Part shown: positions 41,625 through 50,888 of the stretch, piece after piece
Layout: the number at the start of each line of letters is the position of its first letter
How positions within the stretch are numbered: position 1 is the first letter of the stretch
Source of the DNA: a virus
Lineage: Duplodnaviria; Caudoviricetes
Direction: 5' to 3' (one strand)
Length of the DNA: 64,000 nt
IMG/VR virus record: IMGVR_UViG_3300021400_001310
Span: 40,557 to 104,556 of that record
Position numbers and translations under genes: made by a program
Notes under the pieces: model-generated
Seen by the model: the letters and a program-made list of their open reading frames with translations, nothing else
Database searches by the model: none
What the model was told of the DNA's origin: nothing

Positions 41625-42074
41625 ATATTGATATGATTCCCTCGCAAGGACGCTCATATCAGGCGCAAGTATACTTTTAGAATTTACTCCCTCTTCACAG
41701 TCGTCGACTTGCCTAATCGCGTACTGCCTTATCATATCCTTTATTAAACGAGTGGAGTGGTAAGGAACCGCCTCTCGTTGTTCTTTGGGCTTCAGTCGGG
41801 TTATGAGTATACTCACTTACCAACAAAACTTACAAGTCGTTTTTAGACGATTGTCATGTAATAAAAAGCCTTAGCCCAATGACTTTTTTATTTGAACAGC
41901 GTATGGTACTCCTTCCTCATACAGGACAACTCCGTTGTATTATTAAGGCTCCAACGGAAGAGCAAGGTATGGCTGTTCTTCATGCCTTTAACTTATTGTG
42001 GAACATTAAACACACTCCATAAACTAACACCTCATGCTTTTTATAAAACAATATATGAAATATAGATTGAATCA

Positions 42075-42359
42075 TTATTCAGATTCTATCTTTGCTCCAC
42101 ACTTGGGGCAAAATTCACAATCCCAGTAGAATTCAATGATACCCGGATTTAGTGTGGAAATCTGATAAGGTCTTGTTTTTCTACAATTACTGCATACTAA
42201 TAAACCAGAGATTTTATTTTTAATCCATTTTGCGTTTTTGACAGGAGCTACCTCGATTAGTCTATCACAATCACGAAATTCTTCTTCTATATCTTCTATT
42301 CTATCTGCATATTCATAGCTACAACCTATGCAGTGGAATCCTTTTTCGCAAATAAACAT
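42075..42359 (-). CDS. Zn-ribbon hypothetical protein
   Basis: Start MFICEK behind GAAGGAG; CSNC...CPKCGAK. Confidence 0.55.
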   Translation of the reverse strand: MFICEKGFHCIGCSYEYADRIEDIEEEFRDCDRLIEVAPVKNAKWIKNKISGLLVCSNCRKTRPYQISTLNPGIIEFYWDCEFCPKCGAKIESE

Positions 42360-42774
42360 TGTTTTTTCTCCTTCTGTTTTTTTTATGTAGTTATTGTTTT
42401 TTTGGTGAAAAATCTTTAATGTTCCGGCGATACGCCCCGCGAGCATTATCGCACGATCCCTATCCCAACTTACGGCATGGGTCTCCGATTTGAATGTTTT
42501 CTTTCAGGTTAAACCCTATTCAAGTTGCGGTTATCATACAACCCATACAAGGCTCAATAACAAACTGCGACTTGAAACAGCTCGTTACTTCAACGCCACA
42601 CGAACAGTCTTGTGAATGTGATTAATAGCATTTGTGGAAATCTTGCAGGAGGTGCTCTGCCTGTTCGCTTCCAACTTTTTCACAGATGGTACGCATTGTT
42701 AAGAGGCGTCTGTGCATCTGGTATTGGGTACGAAGGACAGCTTTCCTAACCAGCCCCTTGTACTTCGGGGATGT

Positions 42775-42850
42775 TGGAGCTTCTGGACAGACTTGAACTG
42801 TCAACCTGATGCTTACAAGGCAACTGCTCTGCCAATTGAGCTACAGAAGC
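42775..42850 (-). tRNA. tRNA-Thr(TGT)
   Basis: Cloverleaf, loop CTTGTAA, CCA. Confidence 0.9.
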
Positions 42851-42920
42851 ATAGATTATAGACTTCCAATTATAATATTTTTAAACAATTTTACCGCTCT
42901 TATATTGAGTTTAACTCAAA

Positions 42921-43042
42921 TAATTAGGTAGGATTTGAACCTACTTTTACCGTCTGCTGCTCATTCAACATTTCGGCTCTTGGTTATCGGTATCAATGAG
43001 TTTTCCTATACCTTAGCGTTCTTCCCCTTGAACTACTAATTA
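42921..43042 (-). ncRNA. tRNA-like RNA with anticodon arm replaced by ~70-nt insert
   Basis: Acceptor TAATTAG/CTAATTA, D arm GTTC..GAAC, T arm GTAGGTTCAAATCCTAC. Confidence 0.55.
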
Positions 43043-43179
43043 TTCAAGCTTTTTAAAAATGACAGTTCTTGGCGAACTTATCTGATGTAGAACTGTTAAG
43101 ATTATCCAGATACCAATTACGTTGTTAAGTATCATAATCCCGAATAGCATAAGTTACGTTTTCCTATTACTAACGGCGC

Positions 43180-43267
43180 TGGTGGGTAGGGTTGGACTTG
43201 AACCAACAATGTCCCGTAGGAGCCAGATTTACAGTCTGGTGCAATACCAATTATGCTCTACCTACCC
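43180..43267 (-). tRNA. tRNA-Tyr(GTA)
   Basis: Arm CCAGA-CTGTAAA-TCTGG, long variable arm, CCA. Confidence 0.9.
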
Positions 43268-43421
43268 ATATAATTAAGGGTTTTCCTTCAGTTATAATTA
43301 ACCTATCCAGTTTGCGGGTAACCCATAACCCTATAAAACTCCATTAAAAACTGCTTTCTGGAACAACTTTTAATATCAACGTCACACTGACAATCTTGTT
43401 GCCAGCAACCTTTAAAGGTTT

Positions 43422-43514
43422 TGGTGGGAATAGTGGGATTTGAACCCACATCAAAGGCGTTTCGTCGCATATACCCTTTCAAAGCGAAAAGCTTTACCAT
43501 TAAGCTATATTCCC
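43422..43514 (-). tRNA. tRNA-like gene with degenerate anticodon stem (Ser-TGA or Gln-TTG uncertain)
   Basis: Good acceptor, D and T arms and CCA; anticodon stem mispaired; long variable arm. Confidence 0.5.
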
Positions 43515-43774
43515 ATAAATTGCGTGTTTTTGTTGCCTAATGGCGTAGTCGGAAACAGGCTCAACACGCAAACCCTTTCAGAGCCTCCACACTTACTGTT
43601 CCGACGGAGCAATGTGCTTCAATGGCATTTGCCTGTGAATAGCTTCTTTAGTCTATAGCGACATCACCAGGCTATGGAGAAATTAGCCTCACTATGAGTC
43701 TCCTTACTCTTCTTTTGCGCAGTGGTAAGAGTACAACCACTTGCTGTTTATCTTGTCCGTTGGATAATCAGCGT

Positions 43775-43849
43775 TGGCAGGGATAGCTGGATTCGAACCA
43801 GCGGATAATGGAGTCAAAGTCCATTGCCTTACCGCTTGGCTATACCCCC
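43775..43849 (-). tRNA. tRNA-Gln(TTG)
   Basis: Arm ATGGA-CTTTGAC-TCCAT, CCA. Confidence 0.9.
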
Positions 43850-44076
43850 ATGTAAGCAACTGGCTGTTCCTCAAACTCCATTTACCTTTTTCTTGATAGG
43901 ACTTACCCGTTTCCTTTTCAAATTAGACGTGGTTGTACATTTGCCATTTCCATCAAGCACCAGTTGTTTTATTATTACTTATAATTCGGGAGCTTCTCCT
44001 GTGCTCATCACAAATCACCTCAATGGGTCATTGTTTTTAACATCTATTTTCAAATCTTTAACATCTTTATATTAAT

Positions 44077-44481
44077 TTACCACCATAGATCATAAAAGTA
44101 TTTTGAAAAAAGTTCAAAGAATCTTTCTTTATCTTCGACACCCTTTTTCTCAACTAATTTCGTTTGTTCGATATCATACTTATATGTTTTATTTTTTTTA
44201 TCGTATATAATACATTCATCGGTGCGCTTGTCTATGTCCATACCGTCCAGACACTCAATCATTTCAGACAGAATATATCTCCAATCTTCGATACTTCGAC
44301 ATTCATTATCCTTTGGATACGAGCAAGTTTTATCTCTGAACTCTGTTAACATATGCCTCATTATGTCGATAAACCAATAATCAATATCCCATAAGTCGTA
44401 GTTTGAATACCCTTTTATAAACCTTTGACATCTTCTTATGAATTTATCGAATTTATCTTCGATTCTATATTTAAGTTTCAT
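44077..44481 (-). CDS. Hypothetical protein
   Basis: DLWDID...FFELFSKYFYDLW, recurrent phage family. Confidence 0.6.
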   Translation of the reverse strand: MKLKYRIEDKFDKFIRRCQRFIKGYSNYDLWDIDYWFIDIMRHMLTEFRDKTCSYPKDNECRSIEDWRYILSEMIECLDGMDIDKRTDECIIYDKKNKTYKYDIEQTKLVEKKGVEDKERFFELFSKYFYDLWW

Positions 44482-45275
44482 AATTCAGCTCTTATCTCCC
44501 CGGGGTATTTATAATAAGGCATCGGCTGTAACTTAAATTTGTTCTTTTTATGAAGGTAATCGATGCGCTCTTTGATTGATTCGTCATCGCATACCCCTTC
44601 TCGAATATAACGATTTAATACAGCATATGAAAACCCTAAATTTTCTTCATCTGTTTTCCCACAAAGTCCGTCGGATGGTGTCTTATGAGTTAAATATTCT
44701 GGAAGACCGCAGGCATCGCCTACTGCAATAACTTCGTCAGTTGTCAGCATAGACAGCGGACTAAAGTCACCAACACTATCTCCGTATCTGGTTGAATACC
44801 CAACCCAATCTTCTGAAAGATTACAAGTGTTTGCAACCCTACCATTAACGCTCTGTGAAACAGCATATAATGTTGCCATTCTTATTCTCGCCGGTAGATT
44901 AATTATTGTCTGTTCGGAAGGGTTAAAAATTTCCTCCAGTTTATCCATAATATCTATAAAGGGATCTCTGATATCAATAGTGTAACTTTGGATATCAAGG
45001 ATAGACAATAATAATTCGGAGTCTTTTATTGAATCATCGTCGTTACAATCCTTATATATGGTATCGTCAGTATTTGGCATCAATACACCAATAACTCTGT
45101 CCTTTCCAAGAGCTTCTGCGCACAATGCGGCGACAACTGAGCTATCCTTTCCGCCTGAAATACCAACGACAGCATTACAATCAGAACCTATCTCTTCGAA
45201 AGTCTTCCTAATCCACTTAACTATTTCATTCTTAACTTCTATAGCGTTGAAGTTAGATGCCGATTCATTTTTCAT
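44478..45275 (-). CDS. nadE: NH3-dependent NAD synthetase
   Basis: GISGGKDSS, NLPARIRM, GYSTRYGD, PSDGL. Confidence 0.9.
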   Translation of the reverse strand: MKNESASNFNAIEVKNEIVKWIRKTFEEIGSDCNAVVGISGGKDSSVVAALCAEALGKDRVIGVLMPNTDDTIYKDCNDDDSIKDSELLLSILDIQSYTIDIRDPFIDIMDKLEEIFNPSEQTIINLPARIRMATLYAVSQSVNGRVANTCNLSEDWVGYSTRYGDSVGDFSPLSMLTTDEVIAVGDACGLPEYLTHKTPSDGLCGKTDEENLGFSYAVLNRYIREGVCDDESIKERIDYLHKKNKFKLQPMPYYKYPGEIRAEL

Positions 45276-46744
45276 CAGAAATTACCTCCGTGTAATACTT
45301 TTCTTATATCACTCAAGCTTTGTTCACGGAGTAGTTCTCCATCTTTAAATACAGGCTCCAGTAAGTTACAATCATTACAAGCTTCATCCCATGTAAGTTC
45401 ATCTTTATAAACTAATTTATTATCATAAAAATAAACCGAACAGCATCCCTTTTGTGACTTTTTAAATCCGCCATCTTTGGGATTCTTAAATATAGGCACA
45501 GGCTTACCGTTAATCTCACAATATGTAGCTTTAATGCAAGAACTAAACGTGTCTCTTGTAAACGGCTTAAGAACGCCATCTTCTTCTATGCACTGGAAAG
45601 AAAAAGAACCAACACCAAGAGCTACGTTTGAACAGGCGAACCCATTATCTGCTAAGATTTTATATATTTCCTCGCATCTTTGTATTGTGATTGAGTCGCC
45701 ATAAATCGCCTTAACGTGTGGATCGAGAACCTTATATCCTTTACTGTTAATTGTGCCACCAAACTCATCCCAAAGCTTGAAGACGGTCTTTGTTACAACA
45801 TCAACACAATCTCCTGAGTCTCCTCTCATAAGCATGCATCCGTTATGAGCCATGATTTCATCTTTAATCTGAGGAAGAACATTATCAATTATATTCCAGT
45901 AATCATAGGAATCCAGCACCGCTGAAAAACTTGTGTTAGGATATATCTCCGTAAGGAGCCTCTTCAATAATGTGATTTCGTCCCCGTCAACTGCGAAATT
46001 AGAACACATAACGGAATGTTCTGTGCTGGGACTTCCGAACGCAACCGGTTCTTTCGTACAGTCACAGTTATACATATTTTCTAAATAGGGAATTGTCGGG
46101 ACGGTAGCGGTGTTTAAGAATGATAAACACCAACCAGCTCCGGCTTTGATAGCGGATTCTGTGCACTCTTCTCCTCTGAAATCAAACGCTCCCAGAGCCT
46201 TGGCTCTGGGTATATTATCGTCGCATGTTAAATCATAATACTTATTTACTATCTGACGATAGGTATACCCTACCGTGGCTGCAATCATGGGATGCCAGCT
46301 CTCTGCTGATATCAGGCTTTCAAGTGACTGAGGTAGCCACGCAAAATCAGGATGTGTATTTGTAATACCAAACATCGGGACATGCATAGGTACGATTGTC
46401 CCTTCGGGTAAAGCGACTATTTCAATAGGAAGATATCCCAATTTATGAAGTTCGATTATCTTTTTTATACCATATACATCTTCTCCGAGAGTTGCATCCA
46501 TTACTCTTTTATATTCAAACATTACATCTAAAAATGGCTTGTTAAAAAACTCATTATTAAAGTAATCAATAAGATATGTTTTTATGAATGCCTGAAGCCC
46601 AAACATAACAACGTTATCCCATCTCTTTACTCTACTCATTCGTGGCGTAAAGTATGAAACTGATTTATTAATGCCTTTAGGAAGCATCTCTGCATGTACT
46701 GATTTATAGAAATCAATTAGTAACATAGGGTTGATTTTGTTCAT
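45275..46744 (-). CDS. NAMPT/NAPRT-family phosphoribosyltransferase (Namat-like candidate)
   Basis: DFYKSVH, DFRG, STEHSVM, DSYD, RGDSGD, YGDSIT, KKSQKG. Confidence 0.85.
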   Translation of the reverse strand: MNKINPMLLIDFYKSVHAEMLPKGINKSVSYFTPRMSRVKRWDNVVMFGLQAFIKTYLIDYFNNEFFNKPFLDVMFEYKRVMDATLGEDVYGIKKIIELHKLGYLPIEIVALPEGTIVPMHVPMFGITNTHPDFAWLPQSLESLISAESWHPMIAATVGYTYRQIVNKYYDLTCDDNIPRAKALGAFDFRGEECTESAIKAGAGWCLSFLNTATVPTIPYLENMYNCDCTKEPVAFGSPSTEHSVMCSNFAVDGDEITLLKRLLTEIYPNTSFSAVLDSYDYWNIIDNVLPQIKDEIMAHNGCMLMRGDSGDCVDVVTKTVFKLWDEFGGTINSKGYKVLDPHVKAIYGDSITIQRCEEIYKILADNGFACSNVALGVGSFSFQCIEEDGVLKPFTRDTFSSCIKATYCEINGKPVPIFKNPKDGGFKKSQKGCCSVYFYDNKLVYKDELTWDEACNDCNLLEPVFKDGELLREQSLSDIRKVLHGGNF

Positions 46745-46787
46745 TTATAATCTCCTTATATTGCTTTCACAAATTTATTCATTTCAT

Positions 46788-47609
46788 TTAGATATGACAG
46801 TCAACGATTGTGATTTCCCAATCATTTTGCTGTGCCTTTTTTAGAATTCTTTTCACTTTACTACGCCAAGCCTTAAAGTCCTCAGCGGTGGCGTGAGATA
46901 TACCCCACCAACCCATTTGTCCGGGTTCTAACCATTCGCCTGATGGCAAAAGCGCAGCATAGAATGTAAATCCAGAAACCCAAGCCGCATATTCTTCGGC
47001 ATTTGCATATCGTTCGGTAAAGTATTCCCTCTTATACAAAATGAATTCGAGAAGTTTTTTATCTTCTTCAGTAATAGGTTCTTGCCCCTCGATATACAAC
47101 TGCCAAAATCTGATTGCGTTTTTGTATTTCTCTTCATTTCGGTAGTCAATATTAACATTACACATAGACGCTTCGTTTGTATAACTACCGTCTTTGAGCG
47201 GCACAATATCTGAAAATCTGCCGCCAATACAATACCAATCCCACTTAGAATTAGGATTATAATTAGAAAATACAGAACCATCGGGTCTAATATTTTTCTT
47301 TGCGTAGTAACGGATGCCATCAAGGTAACAATCTTCGTCAGTCCAATGGAGTTTTTTTTGGAACTCTTTGGAGATATACTCGATATGAGCCTGATTATAA
47401 GAATGTTTTTCGATATACGCCTTTGGATCTTTTAAATATTCTGCATAAACACCGTTTTTGTATGTTTCAATGTCACTGCGAACTTTTGCAATGATATCTG
47501 CCTTTGGTATGTGATGAGGTACAGGAAGATTCTCATCAAAAGGAGCGAGTAGTTCTTCAAGGTTTTTGCCGTCAGGATCAAGGAACACTGCAACAGCATA
47601 GTGACTCAT
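46788..47609 (-). CDS. Conserved phage hypothetical protein inside NAD module
   Basis: MSHYAVAV, YNPNSKWDWYCIGGR, GQMGWWG, VDCHI. Confidence 0.65.
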   Translation of the reverse strand: MSHYAVAVFLDPDGKNLEELLAPFDENLPVPHHIPKADIIAKVRSDIETYKNGVYAEYLKDPKAYIEKHSYNQAHIEYISKEFQKKLHWTDEDCYLDGIRYYAKKNIRPDGSVFSNYNPNSKWDWYCIGGRFSDIVPLKDGSYTNEASMCNVNIDYRNEEKYKNAIRFWQLYIEGQEPITEEDKKLLEFILYKREYFTERYANAEEYAAWVSGFTFYAALLPSGEWLEPGQMGWWGISHATAEDFKAWRSKVKRILKKAQQNDWEITIVDCHI

Positions 47610-48418
47610 GCAACTTCACCTCGCTTCAGAACTGTAATTTTTTCGTGCGCCAGAGTAAAGACGCTTCGAGTTGTGTAGATATGCTTAATCAAATTGGAAT
47701 TGATAAGCTCACCTTTAAAGATTGTATTTTCACAGTGTGTAACGTATAAATATATATCATTAGCGCCAGCTTCTTTTAATGCCTTAGCTGAATAATAGAA
47801 AGTTCCACCCTTGCTGCAAATATCGTCTACTATAAGAATATCTTTTCCTTTTATAATCTCCGTATCTGCAACCATAATTCCTTCTATTTTACCGGTTCTC
47901 CAGTCTCTCTTTTTAATTCCGAAAGTGTATGGTCTATCTTTTGAAAGTTTCGACTCAGAGTATCGCTTCATTGCACCCTCATCTGGATAATATAGAACAA
48001 CGTCAATATTTTCTTTTTCTAATAAAGACAATGCTTTGTGAGGATAATAATCAATATCGGTAACAATTAAATTATTAATTAAAGCACAACTTACATTTGA
48101 ATGTGGGTCTCTAACAAACACTTCCTCAAAGCCAAGAGAGTTAATGAATTCTGCAAAATATTTAAGTGTAAAAATTTCGTCTGGATTTTTCACCCTATCC
48201 ATCCTTGCGTTTGGTATATAAGGCATATATAAATGTATTTTATTATTAGCGCTTCTTAGGTGCGAAGTAATATAGAATAAAACTGCCATTTCATAATCAG
48301 ATTCATAATACCAAGAGATATTTGTTCGTGCGTTCCGTTCTACATTAAGCCTGAGCGACATAGTTCCGTCTGGAAATGTATTATTATAGTTAATTACCTC
48401 TCCATTTACTTTTATCAT
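47606..48418 (-). CDS. PRPP-synthetase-family pyrophosphokinase (Adps-like candidate)
   Basis: FPDG, PYIPNARMDR, DPHS, PDEGA, IVDDICSKGGTF, VTH. Confidence 0.85.
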   Translation of the reverse strand: MIKVNGEVINYNNTFPDGTMSLRLNVERNARTNISWYYESDYEMAVLFYITSHLRSANNKIHLYMPYIPNARMDRVKNPDEIFTLKYFAEFINSLGFEEVFVRDPHSNVSCALINNLIVTDIDYYPHKALSLLEKENIDVVLYYPDEGAMKRYSESKLSKDRPYTFGIKKRDWRTGKIEGIMVADTEIIKGKDILIVDDICSKGGTFYYSAKALKEAGANDIYLYVTHCENTIFKGELINSNLIKHIYTTRSVFTLAHEKITVLKRGEVA

Positions 48419-48684
48419 TTATGAGTCTCCTTTATACATCGTATAGTATATTCGGGCATTCTTGACGCCCACCATTCATCAATCGCATTATCAAGTTCCA
48501 ATTCATTAACATTATCATCTAATTCGTAGTTAGGCATTCGTTCTCCCCACCACTCAAGAGCCTGATCTAACGCTTCCGCTTCTGAGCTTGAAGTAATAAT
48601 ATAATATACTTCGTCCCAAAACTCCCCTATTCCAGCATAATATACACGATCATAGAGTTCTACTTCAAAAATATAAAGTTCCAT
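48415..48684 (-). CDS. Acidic hypothetical protein with internal duplication
   Basis: EWWGERMPNY / EWWASRMPEY. Confidence 0.5.
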   Translation of the reverse strand: MELYIFEVELYDRVYYAGIGEFWDEVYYIITSSSEAEALDQALEWWGERMPNYELDDNVNELELDNAIDEWWASRMPEYTIRCIKETHK

Positions 48685-48700
48685 TTTAATTCTTCTAAAA

Positions 48701-49240
48701 CTAATCTTCGTTAACTACGTTGATATGACAAGATTTCATAACGGCAAGCGCAGCTTTATGCTTATCAGGTGTTACACCTGCACAGCAACTTGCATCGACC
48801 GTAATATCTATCTGAGGATACATAGCTCTTATGATAAGCGCATTGGATACAACACATATATCTGTACATAACCCAACAATTTCAACCTCGTTAAGATGTC
48901 TTTCACCTATATTGTCTTCTTTATCGATTTTCACGTCCCAAGCATCCCAACCAAAGGTAAACTTATCAATATGTTCACATTCGGGGATATCTATCTTGTC
49001 TGATATCTGCCAACCATCAGTACCACAAATACAATGCTTTACCGGCAGCATCTTTCCTTCATGTGTATCAAGATAGTTTTCATAGTGCGTATCCCTTGTA
49101 AATATAACTTCGTCGCCTCTGCTTACATACTCATCTATTTTCTGTTTTACACGAGGGACAATTTCTACAGCTTCCTTAGTTCCAAGTGTTCCATCAATAA
49201 AATCATTTTGCATATCAATAACTATTAGTGTTTTTCTCAT
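48701..49240 (-). CDS. pncA: Nicotinamidase/isochorismatase family
   Basis: IDMQNDF, DTH, HC, KFTFG, GLCTDICV. Confidence 0.85.
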   Translation of the reverse strand: MRKTLIVIDMQNDFIDGTLGTKEAVEIVPRVKQKIDEYVSRGDEVIFTRDTHYENYLDTHEGKMLPVKHCICGTDGWQISDKIDIPECEHIDKFTFGWDAWDVKIDKEDNIGERHLNEVEIVGLCTDICVVSNALIIRAMYPQIDITVDASCCAGVTPDKHKAALAVMKSCHINVVNED

Positions 49241-49251
49241 TACGCTCCTCC

Positions 49252-49578
49252 TTAATCAGTTGTACTATAGTAATAATCTAAATCCTCATTTTCTAAATTT
49301 TCACAGCACCAAAGGTCTAATTTAGCCCATAAGGTATTATATAATGTTGCTAATTCCTTATTACTGTCAGCGTGTTCCCAAATTTTCCAATTCAAAACCA
49401 TAACCAATTCAGTTATATATTCGACGTTATCTTTCCAACTTTCAAATGATCTGTTATATGTATCTCTGACTGCATCCGCACCAAATGAATCGGCAATGCT
49501 GAAATCCATATAGAATGTTGTTTTTGGTTTATACCCAGTTACTTTTTCAATATTCCAGTTTTTATACATATTATTCAC
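49252..49578 (-). CDS. Hypothetical protein
   Basis: TTFYMDFSIAD...VLNWKIW. Confidence 0.6.
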   Translation of the reverse strand: MNNMYKNWNIEKVTGYKPKTTFYMDFSIADSFGADAVRDTYNRSFESWKDNVEYITELVMVLNWKIWEHADSNKELATLYNTLWAKLDLWCCENLENEDLDYYYSTTD

Positions 49579-50074
49579 ACTCTTTTCCCATGAAATATTC
49601 TGTAATCGGGGCTGAGACCCAACAGCTTAATTCACATGCGACTTCAACGGCTTTAGTCGGTGAGTTCCCGAAATATAAAGCTGCTAAAGCAAAATCCTCA
49701 CCTGCTCCTATCGCAATATAATCAGTAATCTCGGTTACAAACATTCTTTCTATAAGAAACAAATGACCTTTCACTGCAATCAAATAAGAATTTTCAATAT
49801 GGCTTCCGGTGTAATCTTTTTTCCAAGAGGAGAACTCTACGATGAAATTAAGAACATCTTTTTCTGTTGGCGTCTCAGGCTTATGAGTTTGCGAAAAGCG
49901 GTACATCAGACTTGTTTCTTCCGCAATTCCCACGCCTCCGATTATCATTTCGTTTATCGCTGAAAGCTTCGAGAAATCTAATTGTGGGTATTTTGTTGAC
50001 CCCTTTACCGAAATTGAATCAGCAGCAATAACAATTTTATCCTTGTACACTTTCCCTGCCACTACACTCATCAC
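49571..50074 (-). CDS. HslV/proteasome-beta-like Ntn peptidase
   Basis: MSVVA...IAADS, K, IGGVG, AIGAGEDFALAAL. Confidence 0.65.
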   Translation of the reverse strand: MMSVVAGKVYKDKIVIAADSISVKGSTKYPQLDFSKLSAINEMIIGGVGIAEETSLMYRFSQTHKPETPTEKDVLNFIVEFSSWKKDYTGSHIENSYLIAVKGHLFLIERMFVTEITDYIAIGAGEDFALAALYFGNSPTKAVEVACELSCWVSAPITEYFMGKECE

Positions 50075-50306
50075 AAATCTCCTTTATAATACTGTTTTTA
50101 ATAAATTCTATATTTCCGCTCGTTTGTGCTAATTGAATAGTATAATGTATAATATTTTCTATCATACGATCCGTGTATGCACATTCATTGCCAAAATTAT
50201 TTAAATAGTTTAAATACTGCTTACACTCATTAATTATTTTTTCTATAAAATATTTTGGAACCACACTAAATTTCCTTTCTTTAATATCATTTCTGCAAAA
50301 ATCCAT
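50037..50306 (-). CDS. Hypothetical protein
   Basis: Probable start MDFCR overlapping the 3' IR of ncRNA C. Confidence 0.4.
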   Translation of the reverse strand: MDFCRNDIKERKFSVVPKYFIEKIINECKQYLNYLNNFGNECAYTDRMIENIIHYTIQLAQTSGNIEFIKNSIIKEICDECSGRESVQG

Positions 50307-50543
50307 ATCTAATAATGGATTGCTGGGTTTAATTTTTACATGTGTCCGACAGGACATCCTTAAAAATTAAACTCTATAAATCCTGTTTACTTTGTTTCAC
50401 TAATTTTGAAATATTACAAGTTAATATTTCAAAATTAATAAATATTTAGTTTCTAACAAAGTGTCACTTCTGCGAAACGCAAGAAGCAGTTTAACGTATT
50501 CTTTATGTAAATTACCAAGTTAAACTAATCTGCATATGGATTT
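50299..50543 (-). ncRNA. Retron-like ncRNA C
   Basis: 10-bp terminal IR (50299-50308/50534-50543), G at 50533, stem GTTTAAC/GTTAAAC, core 50467-50488, strongly hairpinned template. Confidence 0.75.
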
Positions 50544-50548
50544 ATATC

Positions 50549-50845
50549 TTACCGATCTAATAAATATGTTACAGGGATAGTAGATCTATGAAGACGACGA
50601 GTCTGAAGGAGGAAGCCGGTCTTGCAGGCGTCCTGAAGACTTGGTGAACTGTTGCGAGACAACGCCGCTGGTATGGAACCAGGATGATGGAGGTGCATCG
50701 ATTGATCAGTGTGAGATGAGGCGCTGCTCTGGATTATGGGCTGTATTGGGGCGCAACCTACTGGGTGCCGTCGTCATTCTCTCAAAATGTAACTTCTGCG
50801 AAACGCGAGAAGCAGTTCAGAAATTTGAACTCATTGCATCGGTAA
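50549..50845 (-). ncRNA. Retron-like ncRNA B
   Basis: 8-bp terminal IR (50549-50556/50838-50845), G at 50837, hairpin GTTCA/TGAAC, core 50793-50814. Confidence 0.8.
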
Positions 50846-50888
50846 TAATAAGCCTTTACTTTTAGGTTAAAATATTATGTTTAATATT

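Noticed and set aside
41601-43658. Short ORFs over tRNA regions (41601-41816, 42622-42804, 43303-43500, 43440-43658; also 55511-55832)
   Set aside because: They overlap tRNAs or structured RNA and lack SD or recognisable motifs.
50641-50865. Plus-strand ORFs over the ncRNAs (also 36926-37180, 52220-52414, 52302-52547), including a DRT2/Neo-like hidden-gene idea
   Set aside because: They are antisense to the operon with no convincing SD. The shared peptide SKCNFCET only reflects the RNA repeat and is in a different frame in copy D. Not fully excluded without cDNA sequencing.
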